From Laetmonice hystrix (taxonomy: Eukaryota): a DNA stretch of 64,000 nt. The stretch is taken from assembly GCA_965235115.1 (NCBI GenBank), contig OZ249437.1, positions 33,542,001-33,606,000 on the forward strand, in the 5' to 3' direction. The notes below the pieces were generated by a model that worked only from the letters and a program-made list of their open reading frames with translations, ran no database searches and had not been told where the DNA came from. This document shows, piece by piece, positions 1 to 13,000 of this stretch. Position 1 is the first letter of the stretch; each line of letters begins with the position of its first letter. The position numbers were made by a program, and so were the translations under genes.

Positions 1-3000
1 AGACGCTTGGCCCAACAGGGCAGTACGTAAACCCAGCCACCAACATGCTCAGCAGCTTTAGAGATGGCATGCGAGAAGGTGTCATAGCTGAGCAACATGT
101 CGATGAGGAGCCTGTCATCAAGAAGGTTATCGTCAGGGAGAAGATCAAGCTTGCTGTTGAATCTGTTGTCGATCCACGCTACCAACAGAAGATGAGTCTG
201 CAGAAAGCCATTGCAGAAGGCATCATTGACACCGACTCTGGAACTTTAATAAACCCAGAGACAGGTGATTCCATTCATGTAGGACGGGCTTATGAAGAAG
301 GGCTGATCAAAGGACGAATTATTGACACCGTATGCTCCCAAGAAGAGGTCATCACAGGAGGAAGAAAAGCAAAGAAAGCCATCGATAATGTGACATCTGT
401 CTTTGATCCTGTGACACAGAAGGAGGTACCACGAGATGAAGCTGTCAACCGGGGCATCCTCCACCCAGAGACTGGACGGTATATTGACGCACGAAGTGGT
501 CAAAGTATGACCATAGAAACTGCTATTGAGAGAGGCTTTGTGCTGACAAGCGAGACCATCACCACTCTGAAGAAGACATATCAGGTTTTGACTGATGACA
601 GGCCACAGACAGTGACAATTCAAGGCATCCTTGATCCCCGAACTGGCCAGGAACTTTCTGTCCTTGAGGCAATCCGTGAGGGCATCTTCTCTGAGAGAAC
701 CGGGCAGTACATTCATCCCCAGACTGGGGAGAGCATCCCTCTGGATCAGGCCATCGCCATGAATCTAGTAAGGATTGACAAAACAGTGGAGGTCATGGAT
801 GAACGACTTTCTAAGCTGACATCCGTGAAAGACATGAAATCCAATAGATGGATCAGTCCCCAGGCTGCTGTGCAGGAAGGAATTCTCCAGTTGGACAAAG
901 GACTGTACGTCAACACCAAGACAAGACAGTCTATGTCTCTTAGAGAGGCAGTACAGGCAGATCTTATCAGAACAAAAGCAGGTTTCAACATTGATTCGCT
1001 GACTCGGATGACCAGTGAAACCAGGCATGAGCGTCAGACCTTCAATATCAAAGTTGTGATTGACCCCGTCACCAAGGAACAGCTTCATCCAACTGAAGCA
1101 GTTGACCGTGGCATTCTAGACCTCAGCCGTGGAGTCTATGTCAATCCCCAGACAGGAGAAAGCATGCCTATACACGAAGCGTATGAACTGGGCTTGATCA
1201 AGGCTGACGAGATGGAAGGATCTCACGCAGGGCCTGTGCTGTCAGCCACAGCCATCATGGAGACCAAGTCTTATACAGTGACAGCCGCTATCGACACACG
1301 GACTGGAGAGAGGGTCCCTGTAGAGGAAGCCATCAACCGAGGCCTTCTGGATAAGGAAATGGCCAAGTACCATGACTTAAAGAAACAGAGTACCTTGACC
1401 ATCCAAGAGGCCATTGACTGTGGGCTTGTCATCGCTCATGAGGGTGTCAGTGTGCCATCGTCAGCTTCTGTGAGTAGAGAGACAACATCATATGTCATCA
1501 AGTCTGTCATTGATTCACGCACAGGGGAGGAAATACCAATCTCTGATGCAGTCCGGCACAAGATTGTGGACCGCTCAAAGGGAGAATACCTCGACCTTAG
1601 CACAGATGAGATCATTCCCATATCCCTTGCCATCTCAAAGGGCCTCATCATCACTGACACAATTGATGCAGCAACCAGGAAGTCGGCGCTCGTGGAGTCA
1701 GGAATAATGCCATTGGCCACAGTGTACTCGCTCAAGTCCATCAAGGACCCCAACACTGGAGTGTGGTATGATCCAACAGAGGCAGAGAGACGTGGTCTGA
1801 TCAACAAGATCCAGGGAATGTACATTGATCCCATCACAGCCCGCAGCATCAGCATCAAGGCTGCCATCGACCGTGGCTTCATCAAGGCTGAAGAAGTGGA
1901 AGAGCCAGACTACGATGATCTACCCCAGGATGCAACTACCTATGCAACTATAGAAGCAACAAGAGAAGCTGAAGTGGTTCACATCACCACGGTGACGGAC
2001 CTGCAGACAGGTGAGGAGATCTCGCTGATGGAGGCAGTGCGGCGAGGAATAATGAACCCCAACACAGGAACGTACAGAAACAAATTGACTGGCAACACCA
2101 TGACCCTGCAAGAAGCTATCGAACAGGGGTACATCAAGGCTCATACCAAGACCCAGGACACGTTGATGCGTGCCCAGACGCCCAAACTGATGAAGAGCTA
2201 CCATGTGACAGGCGTCATGGACCCCTACAGTGGACAGCAGTTGACTGTTTCTGAAGCCATCAAGCGTGGAATGATTGACACAGAGAAGAACCTCTTCATT
2301 GATGTCATTACCGGAGACCAGGTTCCCCTGGAGAAGGCTATTGAGAAGGGCCACGTCAGGGCCGAGGGCAGCGCAAGGACGATGCAGGCCCAGCAGGTGA
2401 GCACCATGCAGCACAAAATTGAGAGCCAGTCGTTTTTTCGCGAGGCCGGCCTCACCCCGGCCCGCCACCCTGAGGACACGAGTCAAAAGTCACGGCCTCC
2501 TGACTTAGGTCAGACTCCCTCAGAGGCCGTGGCTTCCCAGTCCACGCGGCAGACGTCTGTAGAAGTCAGCCCGGACATACCAGACAAAGGAGGGACAGTA
2601 GACAAAGGGGGAACATTGTACTCTGAAGCAAAAGACAAAGGCCTTATTGATGTTGAAAAGAATGTCTTCTATGACCCAGAGAAAGGAAAGGAAGTTCCAC
2701 TTGATCGGGCCCTAGACAAAGGACTACTCATTGCTGATATCCCCATCAAGATTAAAGAGAAAGAAACGCTGAGGACAAAAACCAAAACAGAAGTTACCAC
2801 AGCTCACATAAATGAGGGCAAAGTGATTGGTGTGGAGAAGTATGAGTCCATAACAGAACCAGCTCCATCAGAAGACAGTGACACCTATCCTGCGTCCTCC
2901 ACAGATGGTACAGCTGACAGTGAAATGACCTTCTATGAAGCACTTCAGCAGGGCCTCATCGACATGCAAGCAAAGGAATACATCAATCCGGTGACTGGTG

Positions 3001-3854
3001 ATAGATTTCCGATAGAAGAAGCTCTAGAAGCTGGATTGCTAGCCGCATCGGAGCCTGGAGGTCGTATGACACTGGAGGAAGCCATAGCACGTGGATATGT
3101 TGATTCTAAGATAGGTAAATTCACAAACCCAAAGACTGGTCAAACCATCACTGTTGATGAAGCAATACTACTCGGGTTTCTCAGTATTCGAGGAAGAAGT
3201 ACAATGCTTGAAGATGAAGATGAGCAACGTGGGGTGTCATTTGCTGAAGCTCTTGAACGGGGTCTTTATGACCCAGTCATGGGCAAGTTCACTGACCCCT
3301 ACTCTGGCAGAAGCATGACCTTAGATGAGGCTATTAAAAAAGGACTCGTAAAGCCTAAACTTCCCAGTGCTGCAGGCGACATCAAAGAACCAACGTCGCC
3401 AAAAAGATCAGCACCACCACCTACACCACCGCCAAGGCCCAAACGACAGAAGAGTAAAGATGCCAAGTTACTGAATGGGAAAGAGGTGGAGAGCGAGCCA
3501 GTCAGAGATGCTGTTCCACAGGAGGGGGTCGAAGCACTGCCAACCAATGGTCATGCAGAGAGTGTGGATACAGCAAACGGCCATGTCCACAAGGAAGAAT
3601 TCACTCAAATCAAAGCAACAACTGCCACACCAGTCCCAGATTTGACAGACGACTCCAGTGATGGAGGCAGTACGTACATCATCCAGCCGGGATTCCAGAT
3701 AGCTGGTCCAGATAAAGTTGTCAACTTGCATACAGGAGAGGTGCTGACCCTACAAGAGGCCCTTGATCGCCACATTGCCGAGCCAGTCGATCATGATTTC
3801 CGTGACGACCAGATGTCAGGGTTCTCGACCAATGTCTCGTCGATCTTTGAGAAG
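1..3854 (+). CDS. shot: Spectraplakin large exon A (5'-truncated), plectin-like repeats plus Pro-rich/acidic linker
   Basis: Frame open from nt 3 (TLGPTGQYVNPATNM...), so the ATG at 45 is internal. DPxTG..SLxEAIxxGLI repeats. Ends SIFEK at AAG|GTGAGA (3854/3855), phase 0. Confidence 0.9.
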
Positions 3855-4077
3855 GTGAGAAATTTGCAGAGTGTGCTAATTCTTGTGGTGTTAAAATTCC
3901 TTGTTGGATCACCTGTTCTTACTAGATTCACTACCAGGATTGGCATCTCTGTAAGGCCTAATGTTAAAAGTAATATTTTGTTTGTTCTTTTTGTCTTCCA
4001 CAGTAAACTGGGCATTGTTCTCACTGCTGTTGTCGTTGTTGAATGTTCTGGATGCACATTCATATATTGACTTTCAG

Positions 4078-7000
4078 GAGGCTAGATTAGAACAGGTTGA
4101 TATGGAAACAGCATCAGTTCTGGATCAACGAACTGGGCAACTCATCCCTGCAACCCTTGCAGCAGAGCAGGGGATTCTGGATTCAAAGACGGGTGAAACC
4201 ATCGATCCAGCAACAGGCAACACGTTGTCTCTCTCGCAGGCAGTCAAGAAAGGAATTCTTGTCAAGTCAACAGAATCAGAGAGACCACTGTCTGAGGCAT
4301 CAACAGTGTCTCAAGAGACAAAGGAGTTGACACCACTCCGCATAACAGAGAGTTCTGATGAGGCAACCATTGAGCGACCAGCCAAGGTCAGCAAGCGTGA
4401 CCCGGCCCAAGTAGTGGTCAGTGAAACCACATCATATACAAGAAGTGACCTTTCAACACCTGAGATTCTTTCGAAAAAATGTGTTACACCTGAGGAAGGC
4501 ATGTCGTTAGCTGAGGCAGTAGAATCAGGTAGTATTGACCCCAAAAATGGCAGTTTCACTGACCAAGTAAGTGGTACTGAAATGCCGTTAAAGGATGCTC
4601 TACAAAAGGGTTTTATTCGTGCTGAAACCACTGGTATTCGCGTATCACACTCACTGGACACTATGACTTTAGGTGAAGCCATCACAAAGAATGTAGTTAA
4701 TGTGGAGGAAGGTGTAGTTCTTGATACCAAAACAGGTAAGGGCACCCCAATAGTTGAGGCACACAGGCAGGGTATTGTCGTGGAGATATCTGCACTTCCC
4801 ACTCTAAAAGACCTAGCTAGGAAAGGCCTGTATGATGCAGAGTCAGGAATGGTAGTTGACGATAGTACGTCAATGGAGTATCCCTTGCAGCTTGCCATAG
4901 AAAAGGGTATGGTAGATCGGAGCTCAGTCAAAGTCCAAGACCCAAGCAATGGTGAAACGTTAACCATAACAGAAGCATTTGAAAGAGGCATAATGGACCC
5001 AGAAACAGGGAGCGTGGTAGACAATAGTACAGGGATGTCTGTCTCATTTGCTGAATCTGTAAAGAAGGGACTCCTGGCTGCTGTGGCGGCACCAGTCATA
5101 GGGCCTCTGTATTTAAAGAAACTTGCTGAAGACTACTTTGACAAAAAAACAGGTAAGGTAAAAGACCCGCAGACAGGTAAGTCGATGACCCTTGAGGAGG
5201 CCATTGATGCCAATGTCGTAGACCCTGATTTGATGAGAGTGGTTGATCCTTCCAGCCAGAGAAATGTGTCTCTCTCTGAGGCAATGCGGGGTGGACTCGT
5301 TGACTCAGCGACAGGAGAACTGATGGATGCCACCCTTGGCCGACCAGTACCCTTCCAAGAAGCTGTCACCCAAGGACTCATTGTTGACACAAGAACTGAA
5401 CAGTTTCCAACTACTCCACACATCGAAGAAATTGAGGAACCAGAGGACAAAGAGAAGTTTGTTGAGATGATCAAGGAACTGTTGGAGTCACAGGCATCCC
5501 TTTACGACCCACTAACAGGGAGCACCATGTCTTTAGAAGAAGCCATAGCATCTGGCTTGGTTGATACCGAAAACTGCATGGTAAGGGATCCCAGGACTGG
5601 CGACATGGTAACGATAGGAGAGGCTATAGAACTAGGCATTGTTATCAAACCAGAAGACTTGCTAGGGGAGGATTTCACAGGAATTGAAGAAGTCCTCCGT
5701 GATGATGAAGATGAGTGTGATTTAGCCACGCTTGATGGAAAGGCTGAGAGAAAACAACTGAGACCTGGGCTTGAAATACCACAAGTAGGATTTTCCATTG
5801 TAGAAGCCATTCGAATGGGAATCTATGAGCCACAGTCCAATCTCGTGACACACCCAACCACAGACATGCACATGAGGATAACCGAAGCCATGGACATTGG
5901 TCTCATCAATGTTGACAACGCAATGATGTGTGACCCATCTTCTAACCAGACCGTTGCTTTTGGTCTCCTCATGGAGATGGGACTGGTTGACCTCAATAAC
6001 GGGACTGTTCAGGAATCAACAGGCCAGCATATCCGCCTTGAGGATGCTGTAGACCGGGGATACCTCTTTGACGGCAAACAGTTGCCTGAACCAATGTCAC
6101 TGCTAACTATGATTGATGAAGGATACTACAATGTCGAGACAGGCCAGTTCATGGATCCCTCAAATGAAGAAATGATTTCATTGAAGCAGGCTTTAGATCG
6201 AGGCGTGTTGGACGACACGTCAGCAGTGCTCAATGATTCCAAGACTGGTGAAGTGATGAACTTAAAAGATTCCATTAAAGCAGGAATTGTCAACAGCAAA
6301 ACTGGTTATCTCAAGGACACTGCATCCCATGAACTAATCCCCTTCACAGAAGCTCTCGAGCGAAACATATTGATAGCCCGACCAATGTCTATCGCAACAG
6401 CAATAGACATTGGGCTCTTCAACGAAACTACCTCCAAGTTCCTGGACCCCACCTGCCACAGGTTCTTCACTCTCCAAGAAGCCATGGAAGAGGGCCTCAT
6501 AGACACTCTGTCTACCATTGTGAACCCTGCTACAGGTGAAGAGATGGCCCTTGCACGGGCCACTGCTTGCGGAGTTCTGGATGCTAGGCATGGCAATGTC
6601 ATCAATGTCCATACGGGTGAAACATTCTCTCTCAGAGCCTCCATGCGAAGACGAAAGTCTGCAAAGAAGGGCATGTCTGTTATCGAGGCAGTGGACAAGG
6701 GCTTGATGGGTGCTGCTAACACCATAATGGACCCTGAGTCCCAGACTGAGGTTAGCTTACAGGAGGCCGTGGCTGATGGAATTCTTGAGTCCGAGTCTTA
6801 CATAGTCGACCCCGCAACTGGAGACAGAGTAACATTGAGTGAGGCTGTGGATGAAGGCATCCTCGATCTGGCCACTGGCAATGTCATCAACATAAACACA
6901 GGAGAGACAGTCGCATTGTGTGAGAGTGCTTGCCAGCAGCCATATTCTATAGGAGAGGCACTTGAGAAAGGTCTGTACAACCAAATCAGAAACACAGTCA

Positions 7001-10000
7001 CTGATCCAATGTCTGGTAAGGAGGTCACCCTAAGGGAAGCCTTAGAGAGAGGCATTGTTGATCCAAAGTCTAAAATTGTTGATCCTGAGAGCAGACAGAG
7101 GTTAACACTGGAAGATGCAGTACATGAGGGAATCCTTGACCTCTCCAGTGGCATTGTCATTGGATCTAACACCGGGAAGCGTTTGCATATTAGTGAGGCT
7201 CTTCCAGATGAAACAGAAGAAGAGCATGTCGTTGAGGAGTTGCGCCCACTGCTTACCCTGGATCAGGCAATTAGAGATGGACTCTATGATCAAGAAAATG
7301 TTACCATCACCAATCCAGAGACCAAAGAAGTGCTCAGCCTTGAGGATGCCTTGAACCAAGGAATACTGGATCCAGACTCTCAAGTCAGGGATCCACACTC
7401 GAACAAAGCCCTAACCCTTCAAGATGCAGTTGAGAGTGGTGTGATTGATACTAACATGGGCATCATGATTGACACAGTAAGTGGCAAGTCAGTGTCTCTT
7501 GCTGAAGCCTTTGTCAGAGGTCTTGTGGTGGAGTCAGTTGAACCAACTCAGTTGCCACTACCACTGAGAACAGCAGTAGAACAGAACCTGTTCAATGAGT
7601 CCACCGGTCATATCACCCATCCTGACTCTGGTGTCGTCATGAACCTGGAGGAGGCAGTTCAGAATGATGTCATTGCCCAGGACAGCATCCAGATCCGTGA
7701 TCCACACACTGGAAAGTTGACACCGTTTGAGGATGCAGTCGAAAAAGGTCTCCTTGATGTTGAGACTGGGGCAGTCTTTAATCCAGAGACAGGCACAACC
7801 CAGAGTCTGGTCGTGGCTCTTGAAGAAAGGATAATTGTAGAAGGGCCACAACTGCCAATGAGCCTTGAAGAGGCCATAAAACAACATGTGTTCGACCCTG
7901 CCTCTGGACAGGTGACAGATCCTGTGTCAGGTGAGGTGTGCACTCTGGTGGAGGCTGTTGAAAGAGGTCTCCTACTGACCGATACTGTTGTAGTCAGAGA
8001 CCCTAAAACCGATACTGATGTACCCATGGAGGATGCTATCCAACAGGGTATTCTTGATCGGGAGACTGGAGACCTAAAAAACACAACCACAGGAGAAACT
8101 ATCAGCCTGCGGGAAGCCTTAGATGAGGGGCTAGTGGCTGAAGCAGTTGAATCCCATAATGGGGTAGGCGTGGCAGAAGCTGTCAAAGAGGGCCTGTACA
8201 ATCCCATTGATGGCAGGTTCCAGGATCCGTCCAGTGGACAGAAAATGTCTCTGGAAGAGGCAATGGATGCAGGAGTGATCAATCCCAAGCTGACTGATGT
8301 AAGAGTTCCAGGAACTGATAGTGTGGTCCACCTTGATGAGGCTATCCGACTTGGCCTGATTGAGCCAACAGTAGGATTGCTGCAGGACCCTGAATCAGGC
8401 ACTCAGAAAACCATCCTTGATGCTGTGAATGAGGGCATCATCACTGATGTTGTCGATGAGGAGGAACAGGAGCTGGTGGGCGAGCCTGAGGGTCTTAGCT
8501 TACCAGAAGCTGTCGAAGATGGTCTCTTCAATGCAGTGGATGGCACAGTCAGAGACCCGCAGACTGGGAACAAATTGACCTTAGCTGAAGCCATTGAAGA
8601 TGGTATCATAAACAGTGAGAGAACAGCAGTGGTCCATCCTGTTACAAGAAACCTGATTCCACTGGATGAGGCCATTGAAAAGGGCATGGTAGATGCTGAT
8701 AGAGGTGTCCTTGTTGATCCTAAGACAGGCATGGAAATGAGCATTGCTCATGCAGTCTCATCAGGAAAGGTTGTAGAAATTGAACCAGAGAAAGTATCCC
8801 TGAGTTTGCAGGATGCAGTTAGTCAGAACCTAGTTAATCCTGATGGAACCATTTGCGACCCATACAGCGGGCAACCCCTGACATTGAAGGAAGCCCTTCA
8901 GCAGGGTGTTATCAATGCTGCTGACTCGATCATACATCTCCCAGAAAGTGACACCAATTATAGCCTGGAGGAAGCCGTCACACTAGGCATGGTAGACACA
9001 GAGTCAGGTACAGTCAAAGATCCTCATACTGGGGTTGTCCTCAGCCTCAGAGAGGCCGTTGCACAAAAAGATGACGAGGAAGAGTGTATGAGTCTTCTTG
9101 ATGCAATAAGAAGTGGAGCCTATGACCCAAGTACCCATAACATAATAGATCCCATCACAAATGAGCAAATGTCACTGAAAGAGGCCATCGACAATGAAAT
9201 CATAGACGTATCAAAGACCCTTGTTAAAGAACCAGACAGTGGACGTATCAGTACCCTTGAGGATGCCATCTTTGAAGGCACATTTGACCCAGATACTGGA
9301 CTTCTGACAGATTCTCGAAGCAATAAGCAAATACCACTCTGTGTTGCTATTGATCAGGATCTCATCCTCAATGCTGATAAACCCAGTCTGAGCCTGCATG
9401 ATGCCCTAAGAGCAGCGTTGTACGATGAGAAAACTGGGGAAATACGTGATCCTTCAACTGGTGAAGGTCTCGGTCTTAATGAAGCCATTGAAAGGGGAGT
9501 GATTGATGCTGACAAGTCAAGCGTGACGGATCCTGTCAGTGGGAACGTGGTTGATTTGATTGAAGCCTTGAATCAGGGCATCATCAATCCAGCTACTGGG
9601 GAGGTGAGGGATCCCAAAACAGGTAAACAGTGGACGTTGTTGGAAGCAACAGAGAATGGGTACATCCAGGAGATTGAGACTAGGAAACCAATGAGCATGT
9701 ACGACGTCTTCCAACAAGATCTCTTTATTGAAGACACAGGGAAAATACGGGATCCCTACACTGCAGAACACCTCACACTGGATGATGCTGTCGACAGGGG
9801 ATTGGTGAATCAAAGCAGCATCAGGGTGAAAGACCTAGAAAGTGGGCAGTTACTGAGTATGGAACAGGCTGTAGATAAGGGGGTCATGGATGCGAAGACA
9901 GGAGATGTAGTGAGTCAAGATGGAGGTACTCTTACCCTGAAAGAGGCAGTTCTGGGAGGGCTAGCTCTTGTGGTCTGCAAAGCGTCAGGGCTTAGCCTGA

Positions 10001-13000
10001 AGGAGGTTATTGAGCAAGGTATGTACAGACCAGACAGCGGGAAGGTGACCCATCCTGACACTGGACAAGAAATGACAGTGCAGGAAGCAATAGACACAGG
10101 GGTGATTGACTCAGACAAGACCAAAATCAGGGACCCACATAGTGGGAGTCTACTCAGTATGGAGGAAGCAAGAGAGAGTGGGTTGATTGACACCAGTGCC
10201 GGGACCGTAGAGGATCCGTATACTGGAAAGTCACTCAGCCTGGGCCAAGCCATGACTAAACATCTCCTCGTGACAACACAGGAGCCTGGTATGTCCTTAG
10301 CAGAAGCAGCCAAAAGAGGATATATTGAACTTGGCAAGGTGCACGACTACAGACAACCAGACCAACCCGGCAGACTCCTTAGCCTCAGTGATGCAATTGA
10401 AAAAGGTCTCATCGACCCAGCACAGACTCTGGTGAGAGACCTGCAGACAGGGGATCTTGTGCCTCTTACTGAGGCTCTTGATTCTGGCCTGGTTGATGAA
10501 GAAACTGGCAGAATCCGCGATCCAGTCACAGGAAAGGAATGGAGCCTTGAGAAAGCTCTTGCAGAAGGACTTGTCATGGATGCTTACCATCCAGTTGGCC
10601 TTGGTCTTGTCGAGGCTGCTGCCCAGGACTGTTATGATCCAGATACAGGTCTTGTTTCACACCCAGTCACACAAGAACAAAAAACGCTTACAAATGCCAT
10701 CACAGCCGGCTGGATTGACCCAACTAAAACTTGGGTAATACTGCCAGGAAGGGAACCATTGGTGCTGAAGGCGGCACTGGAGGAAGGTGTGTTTGATATC
10801 AAGATGGGCTCGGTGAGAGACCCAACGACCGGACAGGTCATCAGGTTCAGGGATGCTGTTAGAGCTGGTCAGTTAATAGATGGTAAGGAGAGCCCCAGCC
10901 TGGTTATGAGTTTGGTAACTCTAGTTAAAAGTGGAGTGTACAATCCTCAAACTACAGACGTAATCATTGACCCAGACGGTGCCAGGATCAATGTGAAACT
11001 AAAGGTGGCAGTAGAGAAAGGGTTGATTACTGTGGAGGGGACTGGGTATCATAACTTTGCAACTAGCCAGACAATGCCCATCCCTGAGGCAGTTGAAAAA
11101 GGATACATAGATCTTGAAAAGGGCTTGGTGAAGGATCCACAATCAGGTGGAATGATCCCACTGGAAGATGCAGTTAGTAAGGGTATAGTAGTAGAGGTAG
11201 CAAAGGAAGACAGAATTGTGGAAGACAGCACAGAACCAAAAGTGTACGATCCAACATGTGATAAAATCAAGGATCCATCCACTGGTAAAGAAATTAGCAT
11301 CACTGAAGCTGTGGAATTAGGGCTTCTTGACCCAGGTAAAACACTTATTAAGTGTTCAGGCACTGAGCAGACTGTAACGCTTCAATATGCTCTGAGAAGT
11401 GGTCTTATAGACAAGGATGTAGGCAGTTCACTCCCTGAAGTAGAACCAGTGGAGAAAGAAACACCTACAGATGAAATCAGCATCACTGAACTGCCTATCT
11501 CAGAAAAAGCGAAGGCTGGAGAAGATGATGTTGATGCACCATCAGTGATTGACAAAGAGATGAAAAAGCAAGCTTCCACAGAAGATCAATCTCCCCAGAG
11601 TGTAGCTGTGACAGTGGACCGTGATCTGAGGGTAGACAGAAGTCAACCTGGGATGACCATCCTAGAGATTGTGACTGGAAACCTCTTTGTTTCACAGACA
11701 GGACAGGTCAGGGACCCAACTACAGGGAAACCTCTTACAATCAAGGAGGCCATTGCCACTGGTATATTGAATGCTGAACGTTCCGAGATCGTTGACCCAG
11801 CAACCCATCAAATTCTGACCCTGGGCAATGCCATCAGTGCTGGCGTTGTGGACCCGGTATCAGGCAAAGTCTTCAATGTCAAGACAGGTAAGGAGTATGC
11901 CCTTACTGATGCTGTTCAGGCAGCTGATGACATGAATGTTAAACCAGCAGGAATGCCCTTGAAGGAGGCTCTTGACAAAGGCCTCATTGACCAAACCACG
12001 GGTAATGTATCTGATCCTAGAAATGGGGAAACCATGACCTTCATTGAGGCCCTGAACAGCGGCGTAATTGACCCTGCCAGCATGATAAGAGATTCAGTGA
12101 CAGGACAGACCATATCCTTGGTTGATGCCGTTGCTGAGGGCATCATTGACAGTAAGACCGGACAGATGAAAGACCCCGACTCTGAAAAGAATATGACCCT
12201 GACTGATGCTTGCACAAGAGGCATTGTTGAAATAGTTGAGGCTGGATCCCAGAAAACGTTGCTTGTAGTGGATACCAAGCCTAAAATGCCTCTGCTTCAG
12301 GCCATAGAGGAATTGTATGATGCAGACACAGGGAGCTTTAGAGACCCATCAACTGGTAAAAACGTGACCATGAATGAAGCCATTGAAACAGGTGTGGTAG
12401 ACGCCACAGGGAGCATTGTCAAGGATCCTCTAACGGGGACATTCATTCCTCTTACTGATGCAGTGACAAAAGTAGTTGATCTTCATAAGGGCAAAGTTAT
12501 TGACCCCACAACAGGTGTGATGGTAGACTTGCAGACTGCTGTCAGTAAAGGGCTGATACGACATCCAGCAGACAGCAAGGAAGTGCCTGAAAGTCTGCTG
12601 CTGTCAGAGGCCTTTGAAAAAGGGCTCTTTGACCCAGAGACGGGAGAGGTCACAGATCCCAATACCGGAAGGAGGATGACTCTGAAAGAGGCTATCCTCC
12701 AGTCTGTCATAGATAGGGATAAGAGCATGATTACAGACCCAGCCACTGGAGATAGCATCAGTGTAAGGAAGGCTATAGATCAAGGCATCCTGGAGGCAGT
12801 CACAGGCCAGATCCTCAATACGAGAACGGGTGGTCACACTCCTCTATATGACGTTTCAGCCTCTCATCCTTTGAGCCTCGCAGAGCTGAAAGCAAGGAAT
12901 CTGATTGATCTAGTAGCAGGGACAGTGACAGACCCAATTGCAAAGAGGACAGTGTCAATTGGTGACGCTATTGGTGTTCTTCTAGATGGCAAGTCCTGCC

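Noticed and set aside
3855-4077. Hydrophobic, transmembrane-looking C-terminus of ORF 45..4070 and N-terminus of ORF 3961..24993
   Set aside because: Both are translations of a T-rich 223-nt GT-AG intron whose removal joins the two frames in phase 0. A membrane-anchored retained-intron isoform is not excluded but has no support.
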